Part shown: positions 38,056 to 47,070 of the stretch, piece by piece | Layout of the letters: every line of letters starts with the position of its first letter | How positions within the stretch are numbered: position 1 is the stretch's first letter | Source: Planctomycetota bacterium | GTDB lineage: Bacteria > Planctomycetota > Planctomycetia > JALXBF01 | NCBI GenBank assembly: GCA_026991575.1 | Contig: JALXBF010000133.1 | Span: 1-47,272, forward strand | Reading direction: 5' to 3' | Length of the DNA stretch: 47,272 bases | Made by a program: the position numbers and the translations under genes | Notes under the pieces: model-generated | Database searches by the model: none | Told to the model about the DNA's origin: nothing | Seen by the model: only the letters and a program-made list of their open reading frames with translations

Positions 38056-40199
38056 AAACGATCATGCTCATCAACGTGGTGCCGCCTGAGGAATGTCGGG
38101 TGGCCATTCTGGAAGGCGGTGTGCTGGAGGAGCTTTACGTCGAGCGTACCACGAAAGAGAGCTACGTTGGCAATATCTACAAGGGCCGCATCGTCAACAT
38201 CGAACCCGGCATCCAGGCAGCCTTCGTTGACTTCGGCGTGGGCCGTAACGGCTTCCTGCATATCTCCGACGTCGATCCCCAGTACTTCCCGAAGCAGCGT
38301 ACCGGCAGCTCCAACAACGGCCGCCGCGGTCGGCTCAAACCCCCCATCCAGACGGTCTTCCGCAAGGGCCAGGAAGTCGTGGTCCAGGTGACCAAAGAGA
38401 GCGTTGGGCACAAGGGGCCGACCTTAAGCACCTACATCAGCATCCCCGGCCGCTACCTCGTGCTCATGCCCTGCCTGCATCGGCTGGGCGTCTCCAAGAA
38501 GATCACCGACGATGCGCTTCGCCGCCGCCTCCGCGACCTGCTCCGGCAGCTCAACCCCCCCAAGAACCTCGGCTTCATTGTGCGCACCGCCGGCGCGGAC
38601 CGCAGCAAGAAAGAACTCGAGCGTGACCTGAACTATCTGAAGCGGGTCTGGACCGTCGTCCAGCGGAGAATCAAGAAACAACGTGCCCCGGCCCTCATCT
38701 ACCAGGAAAGCGATATGGTGATCCGGACCATTCGCGACATGTTCACCGCGGATATCGACCTGGTACTCATCGACGATCCGGACGCGTACGAGCGGGCCAA
38801 GGAGTTCATCTCGGGAGTGATGCCGCGCTACAGCAATCGCTTCCGCCTCTACTCCGACCCCGAGCCATTGTTCCACAAGTTTGGCATCGAAGCCGAAATC
38901 GAGAAGATCCATCAGCGTCAGGTTCCGCTACCTGGCGGCGGCTCGATCGTCATTGAGCCGACCGAGGCGCTGGTCGCGATCGACGTCAACAGCGGCAACG
39001 TGCGGGTCCAGGACGACGCCGAACAGACCGCGCTGCGCGTGAACCTGGTGGCTGCCCGCGAGATCGCCCGGCAGCTGCGCCTGCGTGACCTGGGCGGCAT
39101 GATCGTCAACGACTTCATCGACATGCGCGAGGAGAAACACCGCCGGCAGGTGGAGCGGGCTCTGCGCGAGGCGGTCCGCCGGGACCGCGCGAAGATCAAG
39201 GTGCTCCGCATGTCGGCGTTCGGCACGATCGAGATGACACGCCAGCGGATCCGGCCATCATTGCAACGCAGCCTCTTCGATCCCTGCCCACTCTGCCATG
39301 GACTCGGCCATATCAAGAACGAAGAAACGCTTGCCATTCAGGCCTACCGCGAACTGCTTATCCGCAGCCGCCGGCCCGAAGTGCGGCGAATCCGCGTCGT
39401 TGCCGCCGCTAAGACCGCCAACTACCTCTCCAACCACTTCCGCCGCCAGCTCCAGCAATTGCACGAAGAAACCGGGGTCACCATCGAAGTCGTTGCCCAG
39501 ACCGACGTTCCCATGGATCACCTGGAGGTGCAGTGCTTCGACCGCCAGGACGCCGAGATCCCGCCAGACTACTGGACTCCGCGTACCGTCAGCCCCGAGA
39601 CGATCGAACACTACGTCAAGAAGCTCCTTGCCGAAACCGACGGTAAGCCCCGCAGTCGCTCTCAGCAGAAGCGCACCCAGAGCACAAGGGCCGAAGCAAC
39701 CACCGGCTCAGCCGCAACAGCAGTTGCCGCCGGCGATCATGCGGAATCCAGCAGTGCCCAGCCGGAAAAGGCCAAGACGAGCACCAGAACTCGTTCACGC
39801 CGCTCCACCGCGAGCAGCTCCTCGCGCAGCCGCTCCGGAACCCGGCGCGATCAGAAGGCCGCAGCCGCCGGCGACGAGGCCTCCAGCCAGGCCGCTGACA
39901 CGTCGACCGCCGAAGCATCCCAGCCCGCGGAGCAACAGGCAGAACCGGCCGAGCCAGAAACATCGCAACGTTCCACCGTTTCCCCTACGGAATCCCAGCC
40001 GCCCGCCAACACCGAACCGACCCCACAGTCTGCCGGCTCGCCCGAACCCGTCGAGCGACTCGTGGAACGGCTCGGGCCCCTGCGTGATGAAGACATCGAC
40101 CGAGTGCGAGAGTCGCTGTTTGAAGGAATCGAGGAGATCTTCTCGGACGAAGCTGTACGATTGGACGAGCAGGACGACAGCGGGGAGCAGCCTTCCTAG
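38052..40199 (+). CDS. rne: Ribonuclease E/G with disordered C-terminal extension
   Basis: GNIYKGRI, QAAFVDFG, GFLHISD, AIDVNSG, LRLRDLGGMIVNDFIDM, CPLC Zn-link. Confidence 0.95.
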   Translation: MKTIMLINVVPPEECRVAILEGGVLEELYVERTTKESYVGNIYKGRIVNIEPGIQAAFVDFGVGRNGFLHISDVDPQYFPKQRTGSSNNGRRGRLKPPIQTVFRKGQEVVVQVTKESVGHKGPTLSTYISIPGRYLVLMPCLHRLGVSKKITDDALRRRLRDLLRQLNPPKNLGFIVRTAGADRSKKELERDLNYLKRVWTVVQRRIKKQRAPALIYQESDMVIRTIRDMFTADIDLVLIDDPDAYERAKEFISGVMPRYSNRFRLYSDPEPLFHKFGIEAEIEKIHQRQVPLPGGGSIVIEPTEALVAIDVNSGNVRVQDDAEQTALRVNLVAAREIARQLRLRDLGGMIVNDFIDMREEKHRRQVERALREAVRRDRAKIKVLRMSAFGTIEMTRQRIRPSLQRSLFDPCPLCHGLGHIKNEETLAIQAYRELLIRSRRPEVRRIRVVAAAKTANYLSNHFRRQLQQLHEETGVTIEVVAQTDVPMDHLEVQCFDRQDAEIPPDYWTPRTVSPETIEHYVKKLLAETDGKPRSRSQQKRTQSTRAEATTGSAATAVAAGDHAESSSAQPEKAKTSTRTRSRRSTASSSSRSRSGTRRDQKAAAAGDEASSQAADTSTAEASQPAEQQAEPAEPETSQRSTVSPTESQPPANTEPTPQSAGSPEPVERLVERLGPLRDEDIDRVRESLFEGIEEIFSDEAVRLDEQDDSGEQPS

Positions 40200-40205
40200 A
40201 ATTGG

Positions 40206-41453
40206 GTGATCCCCACCCACAGAGCCATGTCACAGCCCCCTGGAGCCACAAATTGCCGTTCGATCGACCTCCGCAGTGGTCCGGTGGACTGGGAGATCCG
40301 CGTTGCCACTGAGCGGCTCGTGGCAGAGTGTCGACCGCGACCCTCCCCGCCGATCGCCGACCTGGCTGCTGCCGTCACGCGGGCAATCGAGCAGCCCCTG
40401 GACTTTCCGCCGCTGGCTCAGGCGATCTACGAAGGCGACCGGGTCGTGATCGCCGTGGATGGTTCCCCATGGGCGTACCGAGCTGTCTTGCTGCCGCTGA
40501 TCGAGCTTGCCCGCAGACGCGGCGCCCGAGCCGATGCGATCACCGTGGTCGCTCCATGGCGGGCACGCGAAGTGGCACACCGGTTGGGCTCCTTCCCCGC
40601 CCGGGTACTGTTCCATAACCCGGATGACCAGCAACAGCTCAGCTACCTGGCGAGCACCGAAGAGGGAGAACGCATCTACTTGAACCGCACGGTCGTGGAC
40701 GCTGATGTGCTGATTCTCGTCGGGACCGTGCGGTACGATCCCGTGCTCGGCTACCGGGGCACGGCCAGCGCGGTGTTTCCGGCGCTGTCCACTCGCGACT
40801 CGTTCCGCCGGTTTGTCTCTTCCTTTACCGGTCGGCGCGTTGGCCACCATCCGAAGTGGGCACGCAACTACGTCGACCAGGTCGGTTGGTTGCTGGGAGC
40901 CCAGTTCAGCGTTCAGCTTGTCCAAGGCCCCGGTGGCTCCATCGTTGCCGTGTTGGCAGGGAATGCGGCCAAAGTGCAGGAAGCGGCACAGCAAAAGCTC
41001 GACGAACTGCTCTCGTTCCGCGTACCGCGCCAGGCCGATCTCGTGCTCGCAACGCTCGGTCGCGGCGGCCGCCAGAGTGCTGCCGAGCTAGCCCGTGCCG
41101 CATTCACGGCCCAGCGCGTGGTTCGCAAAGGTGGCCGCATCGCGTTGTTGTCGGCAGTTGAACAGATCGACGGGCCAACCATGGAACGGGTCCGTAAGGC
41201 GGACGAAATCGACGAAGTACTCGGTTTCTTGCGAAACGAAACGCCTCCGGACGCCGTCACCGGCTTCATGCACGCGACCGCTTGCCAACGGGCCCGGGTG
41301 TTTCTGCACAGCGGGCTGGCAGACGAGCTAGTCGAGGAGTTGTTCATGTTCCCGCTACACACGCAGCAACAGCTTCAGCGGCTCGTGGACCAGGCCGCCA
41401 GCGTGATCGTACTGCACGAAGCCAACTGCTTGCAGGTAACGGTCCAGGACTGA
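40206..41453 (+). CDS. Lactate racemase (LarA/DUF2088) domain protein, probably non-canonical
   Basis: AIEQPLDFPPL, HNPDD, YLASTEEGERIYLNR...ADVLI, VRKGGRIALL; start may be 40227. Confidence 0.75.
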   Translation: MIPTHRAMSQPPGATNCRSIDLRSGPVDWEIRVATERLVAECRPRPSPPIADLAAAVTRAIEQPLDFPPLAQAIYEGDRVVIAVDGSPWAYRAVLLPLIELARRRGARADAITVVAPWRAREVAHRLGSFPARVLFHNPDDQQQLSYLASTEEGERIYLNRTVVDADVLILVGTVRYDPVLGYRGTASAVFPALSTRDSFRRFVSSFTGRRVGHHPKWARNYVDQVGWLLGAQFSVQLVQGPGGSIVAVLAGNAAKVQEAAQQKLDELLSFRVPRQADLVLATLGRGGRQSAAELARAAFTAQRVVRKGGRIALLSAVEQIDGPTMERVRKADEIDEVLGFLRNETPPDAVTGFMHATACQRARVFLHSGLADELVEELFMFPLHTQQQLQRLVDQAASVIVLHEANCLQVTVQD

Positions 41454-41471
41454 TGAGGTGGAGGCTTCGCG

Positions 41472-42368
41472 GTGGCCGGTTGTGAGTTTCCCGAGCGCGC
41501 GTGGGCCGATGTCACAGCCCGACGGCAGCTCGTCCACCTGCGTGGTCCTGATGCCCAGCGCTTCCTGCACAACTTCTGCACAAACGACATCAAAGCACTT
41601 GCTCCGGGCCGGGGCTGTGAAGCATTTCTGACCACGGACCAGGGGCGAACGTTGGCCTTCGCATTCGTTATGTGCACGGCCGATGGCATCCTTCTCGATG
41701 TAGGCCGCACGCCGGCTAGTGATGTCATCGAACATTTGCACCGCTACTGGATCACTGAGAAGATTGAACTGATCGATGCCACCCGTCGGTTCCGGCACTT
41801 TGTGTGGCTGGGCTGCGAGCTGCCCGAGCGTGTGACTGGCCACGCTGTGGCCTACGTGGAGGGCGGCTTCCCAGGAACCGACCCCTGCGGCCAGCTGCTC
41901 GTGCCGGTCGACGCCGGTGCGGAGGTGATGCGTGCGCTCACCGAGCACTTCGGCCCCCCGCTTGACCTCGACCGGCTCGAACGGCTTCGGATCGCTTCGT
42001 TCTGGCCCGAATCAGGGATCGAAGTCAACACGGACCACTTCCCGCAGGAGTTCCGCCGGGATGACCGCGCAATCAGCTTCACAAAAGGCTGCTATCTGGG
42101 ACAGGAGACCGTGGCGCGAATCCACACCTACGGCCACGTTAACCGTTACCTCGTGCTGCTGTCGCTCAGCGATCCACCCGCGTCGGGTGCCGGTCCCATC
42201 GAGCTGACCTCTGACCAGCAGGCCGTGGGCCACATCACATCCATCGCGAGCGATGAGGACGGGCCACAACTCGCATTGGGGTTTGTGCGCCGCGGGTTTG
42301 AGCAAGTGGGCACGCTTCTGCGGTGGCGCAGCGGCCCGGCCCAGGGTGAGGCTGAGGTCATCCGATGA
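41472..42368 (+). CDS. ygfZ: YgfZ/GcvT folate-binding protein
   Basis: GPDAQRFLHNFCTND and the YgfZ signature SFTKGCYLGQETVAR. Confidence 0.88.
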   Translation: MAGCEFPERAWADVTARRQLVHLRGPDAQRFLHNFCTNDIKALAPGRGCEAFLTTDQGRTLAFAFVMCTADGILLDVGRTPASDVIEHLHRYWITEKIELIDATRRFRHFVWLGCELPERVTGHAVAYVEGGFPGTDPCGQLLVPVDAGAEVMRALTEHFGPPLDLDRLERLRIASFWPESGIEVNTDHFPQEFRRDDRAISFTKGCYLGQETVARIHTYGHVNRYLVLLSLSDPPASGAGPIELTSDQQAVGHITSIASDEDGPQLALGFVRRGFEQVGTLLRWRSGPAQGEAEVIR

Positions 42369-42601
42369 GCCCGTCGCCCGGGCTGGTCACTACGGCTCGT
42401 CGCGCCGCCCATTCGATTGCCCGCGACCTCAACCAGGAAACACCCGCCAAAGCACGCAACACCGCTTGCGCTTCGCCTGGTTAGTCCTCCCGCGGTATTG
42501 TGGGGCGCCACACGGCGGCACGTGCCGGATGGGGTACCATAGGGGGGGTGGCGTGACACCGGCAACCACGATGAAGCAGGACCAAACGGAGGATGACGTT
42601 G

Positions 42602-43369
42602 ATGCACCGCCGCGACTTCCTGTGGCTCAGCAGCCTCGTCGCAGCCGGGCTGCCATTCGGGCTGCATGCCGACGATGCTCGTCCCGCTCAGTTCATCGAG
42701 TGGTGGCGGTTCCGGATGCTTCCGGGCCGGAGTCGAAGTCGGCTCACACGCTTCGTGGCCGACGCGCTCGTTCCGGCACTGAACCGCCAGGGGATCCAGC
42801 CAGTGGGCGTCTTCCGCGCGCGCTACGGTGAGGACAGTCTGACGCTACGCTTGCTGCTGCCGCACCCGAACCTGGCCTCCGTGGCAACGGTCACCGACCG
42901 ACTGGTTGAGGACGCCGAGTTCCGTGACGCAGGCAAGGACGTGCTAGCAGCCCCCATGTCGCAACTGGCCTACGTGCGATTGGAGCGGGAGTTGATGGTG
43001 GCGTTCCGAGACTTTCCCCAAGTAGTGGTGCCGAAGAAACGGGGAGTGTTTGAGCTGCGCAAGTACGAGAGCCATTCGCTCGTGGCAGGCAAGAAGAAGA
43101 TCGAGATGTTCAATGAAGGCAAGGAGATCCCGATCTTTCTGAAGACCGGCTTCGAGCCCGTGTTCTTTGCCGAAACGGTCGTTGGGCCGCAGTTGCCGAA
43201 CCTGCAGTACATGGTGGCTTTCGAGGACCTGGCGGCGCGCGATGCGGCCTGGCAGCGGTTCATCCGTCATCCGGACTGGATCAAACTCAGCGCCGACCCT
43301 CAGTATAAGGACACGGTCTCAAACATCCACGACACGATCCTCTTGCCGCTGCCCTGCTCACAGATCTGA
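42602..43369 (+). CDS. NIPSNAP family protein with Tat signal
   Basis: HRRDFL Tat motif; FELRKYES, KKIEMFN, LPNLQYM, WQRFIRHPDW, CSQI. Confidence 0.88.
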   Translation: MHRRDFLWLSSLVAAGLPFGLHADDARPAQFIEWWRFRMLPGRSRSRLTRFVADALVPALNRQGIQPVGVFRARYGEDSLTLRLLLPHPNLASVATVTDRLVEDAEFRDAGKDVLAAPMSQLAYVRLERELMVAFRDFPQVVVPKKRGVFELRKYESHSLVAGKKKIEMFNEGKEIPIFLKTGFEPVFFAETVVGPQLPNLQYMVAFEDLAARDAAWQRFIRHPDWIKLSADPQYKDTVSNIHDTILLPLPCSQI

Positions 43370-43389
43370 CGTCGTCGCGCACGACCTAC

Positions 43390-43419
43390 GCGCGGGTCTC
43401 GCCACCGCGGGACCCGCGC
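43390..43419. terminator. GC-rich hairpin, possible terminator
   Basis: GCGCGGGTCTCGC-CACC-GCGGGACCCGCGC, 13-bp stem with one G-U pair, 20 nt after the NIPSNAP stop; no U-tract. Confidence 0.4.
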
Positions 43420-43949
43420 TGCAGTGCGTGCTCCCCGGGTTGCCTCCGTCACTTTCTTCCGGGAATACGGCGCGTTGCGGCCCACTGCACGGGTGCCGAC
43501 TGTAGGGGCTCGTTCCAGAACGACCCGCAGCACCGGGCAGGTCGTTCAGCCGCCGCCCACGCATTCCTATCCCAGGAGGCATTCATTGCAGACAATCCCG
43601 TTGCCATGTGCCGGCTCAACCACGCGGTACGGGCACGCACGGACGCTGATCCGGTCCCCCGGCCGCCGTTCACCCAGCGGTAGCCACAGCGTTCCGACAC
43701 GCCTCTCCCACAGTGCGCTCCAGCCACGTTCCGACTACGCGCACCTTCCCCACAGAAGGAACCGCACTTCGGCACGCTCTACTTCTCGGTCTCGGCATCG
43801 CCAGTCCCGGGACAGGTCTAGCGGCTGCTCTGCAAGGATCACCGTTCGGTGTTGCCCCTGGCCGGAAGGATCGTTCAGTCAGCATAGTTCTGCCTGCGGT
43901 GTAAACAGCCGCACTTCAGCGGGCGCCGTGCGGCCTGGTCGTAACTGAC

Positions 43950-44362
43950 CAGCCGACCGTCCTGCTCAGCGCAGAGAACAGTGCCGCGGTGCGGGCTGTA
44001 GGCCAGTCCCATCGCAAGGCCGCCTGACTTGGCCGTCACCGCGGAGCACACCAAAAGCATATCCGTCAACCGTGGCCCGACCCGTGTCCACTCGAACAGC
44101 ACGCATCCCTTTTTAATCCCTGCAACCTCCTCCGTCCCAAACGGCTAACAGCATCGACCCTCACGGACTGCTCCGGCGGCGATCACGAAGCACAGCGTTT
44201 CACCAGCATCTGAACGCGCCGCTGCCTTGCGTGCTCTCAGCGTGGAATCGGGCATGCGGTGCGGTGTCTGGAGCGGGCAGAGTGTCGACTGGTTTCGCGC
44301 TCTGGATAGTCGCCGCCGATGTGCACAAGGGTGGTGTTGGGCACTGCTGCTGCAGACGTCAT
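43950..44362 (-). pseudogene. Eroded Cas7/Csm3-like RAMP gene remnant
   Basis: ATG 44362 overlaps the upstream gene's stop (ATGA); 41-aa ORF MTSAAAVPNTTLVHIGGDYPERET...CPIP resembles TPLHIGG...PYIP; later frames give thumb-like and G-loop-like strings. Confidence 0.5.
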
Positions 44363-46833
44363 CGGCTCGAAACGCCTTCGCCGTCGTCGTCGCCGGCTTC
44401 CATCTCACAGCGTTGCGCCCGTGCGCAGGCATCGATCAGGGCTTTGACCGCGTAAGCCCATAGCTCCCCTCGCAGACACGCTTCCGGGTCGTCAGTCAAC
44501 CGCGGCCACTTGTCGCACTTGCCGCCCAGCACCTGCCACACGGTCGCGGGCTCCTGGAAGAGGGCCATGCATCGCTTCAGTGCGTCGCATTCGGCTGCGT
44601 GCCAGGTTCGTCGTCTACGAGGGGTCTCAGTCACGCGCTTCAGCCATCCGCGCACCAGGGCGGCGTCGTCGAAGGTGCTCACCCGGTGAACCACTGCGCG
44701 AAACGCCAGGATCTCGCTCATCGCCGGCACACTTCGCCGGCCAACAATCTGCCAGCCAAGAACGCGGCGGCGCTCGGCCGGGTCCGCAGCCAAAGCGCGA
44801 GCAGCACGGTCGACGAGCGAGCGCCACGCCTCCCGCTCGATTAGACGGGCAAAGCGGTAGCCGTCGCTGTCCTTACTCAGCCGAGCCCGTTGTTGGGTAC
44901 TGTCGGCTCCGGACGGAAGCCGCTCCGTCAATTGCCAGCTCCGGCCCGACCGCGTCAGGATCGGATCGTTGAACCGAACGTCCCCGAAGCCTTCGGCAGT
45001 TCGCTCCCCTAGCCCCATGATCGTCAACTGCGCCAGGCGCTGCCGATCGACCTTGCCCGCAGTCACCTCAAACATGGCGCACGAACCCGCGCGCAGCGCC
45101 ACCAGAGACGGCCGGGGCAACCGCCAGCCGGTATGCCACGTCTCGTGACGACGCACCCGCAGCCGACTCTTCACCGCGCGAAGCTCCACGCCCAGTGCCT
45201 GCTCCAGCGCCCGCTGCAGCCCGCCCAGTGTTGCGTCGTAGCCGAGTCGGTCGTTGCGAACGAGCAGGTCCGAGACGAGCCAGACAGCGAGTCGCTTTCG
45301 TCGGCAGCCTGGGACGGTCGGCAAGCCGTCAACCGGTGGATCTGCCGATACGTACGCCGCCCCATGGTCCTGCTGCTTTGACCGACCCAGCCAGATTGGG
45401 CCGCTGAACGCCTGCCACCAGTCCGTTCGTGCGCGCTGCAATCGATCCGCAAGTTCGCCGGGCAGAACCAGCTCGCTCCGCAGCACGGTCCGCGAGCCGC
45501 CGGCACCGGGTGCGATTGCTTCGAAAAAGCCGACGGTCGTTGGGCCGATGGCTTGTTCGTCGTCATCCACACCGAGTGAAGCTGCCGTGCAGATCGTCAT
45601 GGGCACGCGGCGGTACTCTAGCCGGCGTTTATCGACGTAGGCCACGTAACCTTGTTCGATCGGTTCAGTGAGGATGTCGCTGGCCGAGTCCGCCACCTCC
45701 CGGTCGTCGACGAACGCATTGCGTAGGCGGCACGGCAGGTTCGCGCAGCCCGCCCTCTCGTTGCACGCTTCAATCGCCAGCGGAGCCGGTAGTCCGCGTT
45801 GGCCGGCGACGTCCACAGTGGCGTTCAGAACGCGGATCCGGCCCGCGGCAACTTCCGGGAACAGCTCCCATGGTGCAATGCCCAGCGAGCGCAGCACGCG
45901 CGTGACGTGTGGCAAGAGGCAGTAGCCGGGGACATAGTCCAGCGATCTGTCAATCCCCCCTGCCTTGGCGAAGCAGACTGCGACCGTGCTCTCGAGTGTG
46001 ACCGTCAGCGGAACTCGGACGGGCGTATTCCGGTCGCGCCGCTGCAGCACAGGTACAAGCAAAGGCTGCTTGGGTCCACAAGCTGCCTGTTCCCAGTCGG
46101 GAGGTGCTGTTCTGAGAAGCTCGCACACCCGGTCGATGGACATCAGCTCAGCGTTGTGACCTGAACCGTCCTCGGCAAAGACGGTGACGTGGCAGATCCC
46201 AGCATGCTGACCTGACGAGCGGTCGGAACCGAGCCGGGTCAGCAGCCAACTGCCCGCGACGAGGAGTGCCACCGCATGGTCGCGGATGGTGGCGGGCACG
46301 CGCAGCGTGGCACTGGCCCAGAGCTCGCTGCCTGCTCGCGCGTACTCGAGGCTCCCTCGGCAGCCGCGGTCCAAGCTGCCTGGTCCTGATGGCTGCCCAT
46401 CGGCAGTCCATTTGATGAACGTCGTCGCTCTCCGAGCGATCTCGTCATGTGTCAGGACTGCCCGCAACGCTACAGGGTAGCGCGCTGCTCGGACCTCCAG
46501 CACTGACTGGCCTGACAGGACGATGTGCCCGTCTGGCAAGCACCGAGACGTCCCGTTGCTTCGGCAGTGGAAAAGGCACGCGGCCAGTCGCGACCACGGG
46601 CCATCGTGGCGACCGCGGTCCAGTGCGCGGGCGACCAGCATGCACGCTTCGCGCCACAGGGAACGGAGAAGCTTGCCGGGCACGTAAGGCAGACCGTCTG
46701 GGTCTCGAGCAATGACGCCGTCGTGCTGCGGAGAGCGGTTGCTGGGCGCCGCGGTGCGCCACTCCGAGCGCATCACCAGGCGGATCGCCATCGAAACGGT
46801 CACAAGCTGGTTGCTGCCGTTCGAACCGCTCAC
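44359..46833 (-). CDS. csx10: Type III-D RAMP fusion protein Cas7-Cas5-Cas11 (Csx10-like), divergent
   Basis: Cas7 RDPDGLPYVPGK..WREAC; Cas5 SLDYVPG, NAT..GLPAP, EAIAPG, LGRSKQQDHG, WLVSDLLVR, WRLPRPSL..AGSC, GLGERTAEGFGDVRFNDP; helical Cas11-like tail ending LWAYAVKALIDAC. Confidence 0.85.
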   Translation of the reverse strand: MSGSNGSNQLVTVSMAIRLVMRSEWRTAAPSNRSPQHDGVIARDPDGLPYVPGKLLRSLWREACMLVARALDRGRHDGPWSRLAACLFHCRSNGTSRCLPDGHIVLSGQSVLEVRAARYPVALRAVLTHDEIARRATTFIKWTADGQPSGPGSLDRGCRGSLEYARAGSELWASATLRVPATIRDHAVALLVAGSWLLTRLGSDRSSGQHAGICHVTVFAEDGSGHNAELMSIDRVCELLRTAPPDWEQAACGPKQPLLVPVLQRRDRNTPVRVPLTVTLESTVAVCFAKAGGIDRSLDYVPGYCLLPHVTRVLRSLGIAPWELFPEVAAGRIRVLNATVDVAGQRGLPAPLAIEACNERAGCANLPCRLRNAFVDDREVADSASDILTEPIEQGYVAYVDKRRLEYRRVPMTICTAASLGVDDDEQAIGPTTVGFFEAIAPGAGGSRTVLRSELVLPGELADRLQRARTDWWQAFSGPIWLGRSKQQDHGAAYVSADPPVDGLPTVPGCRRKRLAVWLVSDLLVRNDRLGYDATLGGLQRALEQALGVELRAVKSRLRVRRHETWHTGWRLPRPSLVALRAGSCAMFEVTAGKVDRQRLAQLTIMGLGERTAEGFGDVRFNDPILTRSGRSWQLTERLPSGADSTQQRARLSKDSDGYRFARLIEREAWRSLVDRAARALAADPAERRRVLGWQIVGRRSVPAMSEILAFRAVVHRVSTFDDAALVRGWLKRVTETPRRRRTWHAAECDALKRCMALFQEPATVWQVLGGKCDKWPRLTDDPEACLRGELWAYAVKALIDACARAQRCEMEAGDDDGEGVSSR

Positions 46834-47070
46834 CCCACTGCCCCCTGTGCTCGACCCTCATCTTGCCGGCCGCTCTGCCGGATCGCTCGGCCCGCCGACA
46901 CGACCGCGGCCAGTTCCATGACATCCAGCAGGTGCGTCACCCGCGGGCGCGGCTGCCCAGCCACGCGCGCTCCCGAACATATAACGCTGACTTAGTAGGG
47001 CACGCACCAGACGATAACGCACATTGGCGGCTCTGCGCACCAGCGGCGGCGTGTTGCCGCGTTCCACTCT
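46830..47070 (-). pseudogene. Probable frameshifted C-terminal remnant of cas10
   Basis: The frame whose TGA (46830-46832) overlaps the csx10 GTG reads VTHLLDVMELA; a neighbouring frame just upstream reads RRAANVRYRLV; in-frame TAA at 46992-46994. Confidence 0.45.

Noticed and set aside
39640..40060. Repeat-like sequence in the 3' part of rne
   Set aside because: Ordinary low-complexity disordered tail of RNase E
43682..43755. Possible mini CRISPR array next to the RAMP gene
   Set aside because: Only two gapped, degenerate copies separated by about 8 nt; no repeat-spacer periodicity
43875..44102. 75-aa ORF resembling a WD40 blade (GLAYSPHRGTVLCAEQDGRL)
   Set aside because: Single short match with no convincing gene context; position and spacing fit a RAMP G-loop remnant better
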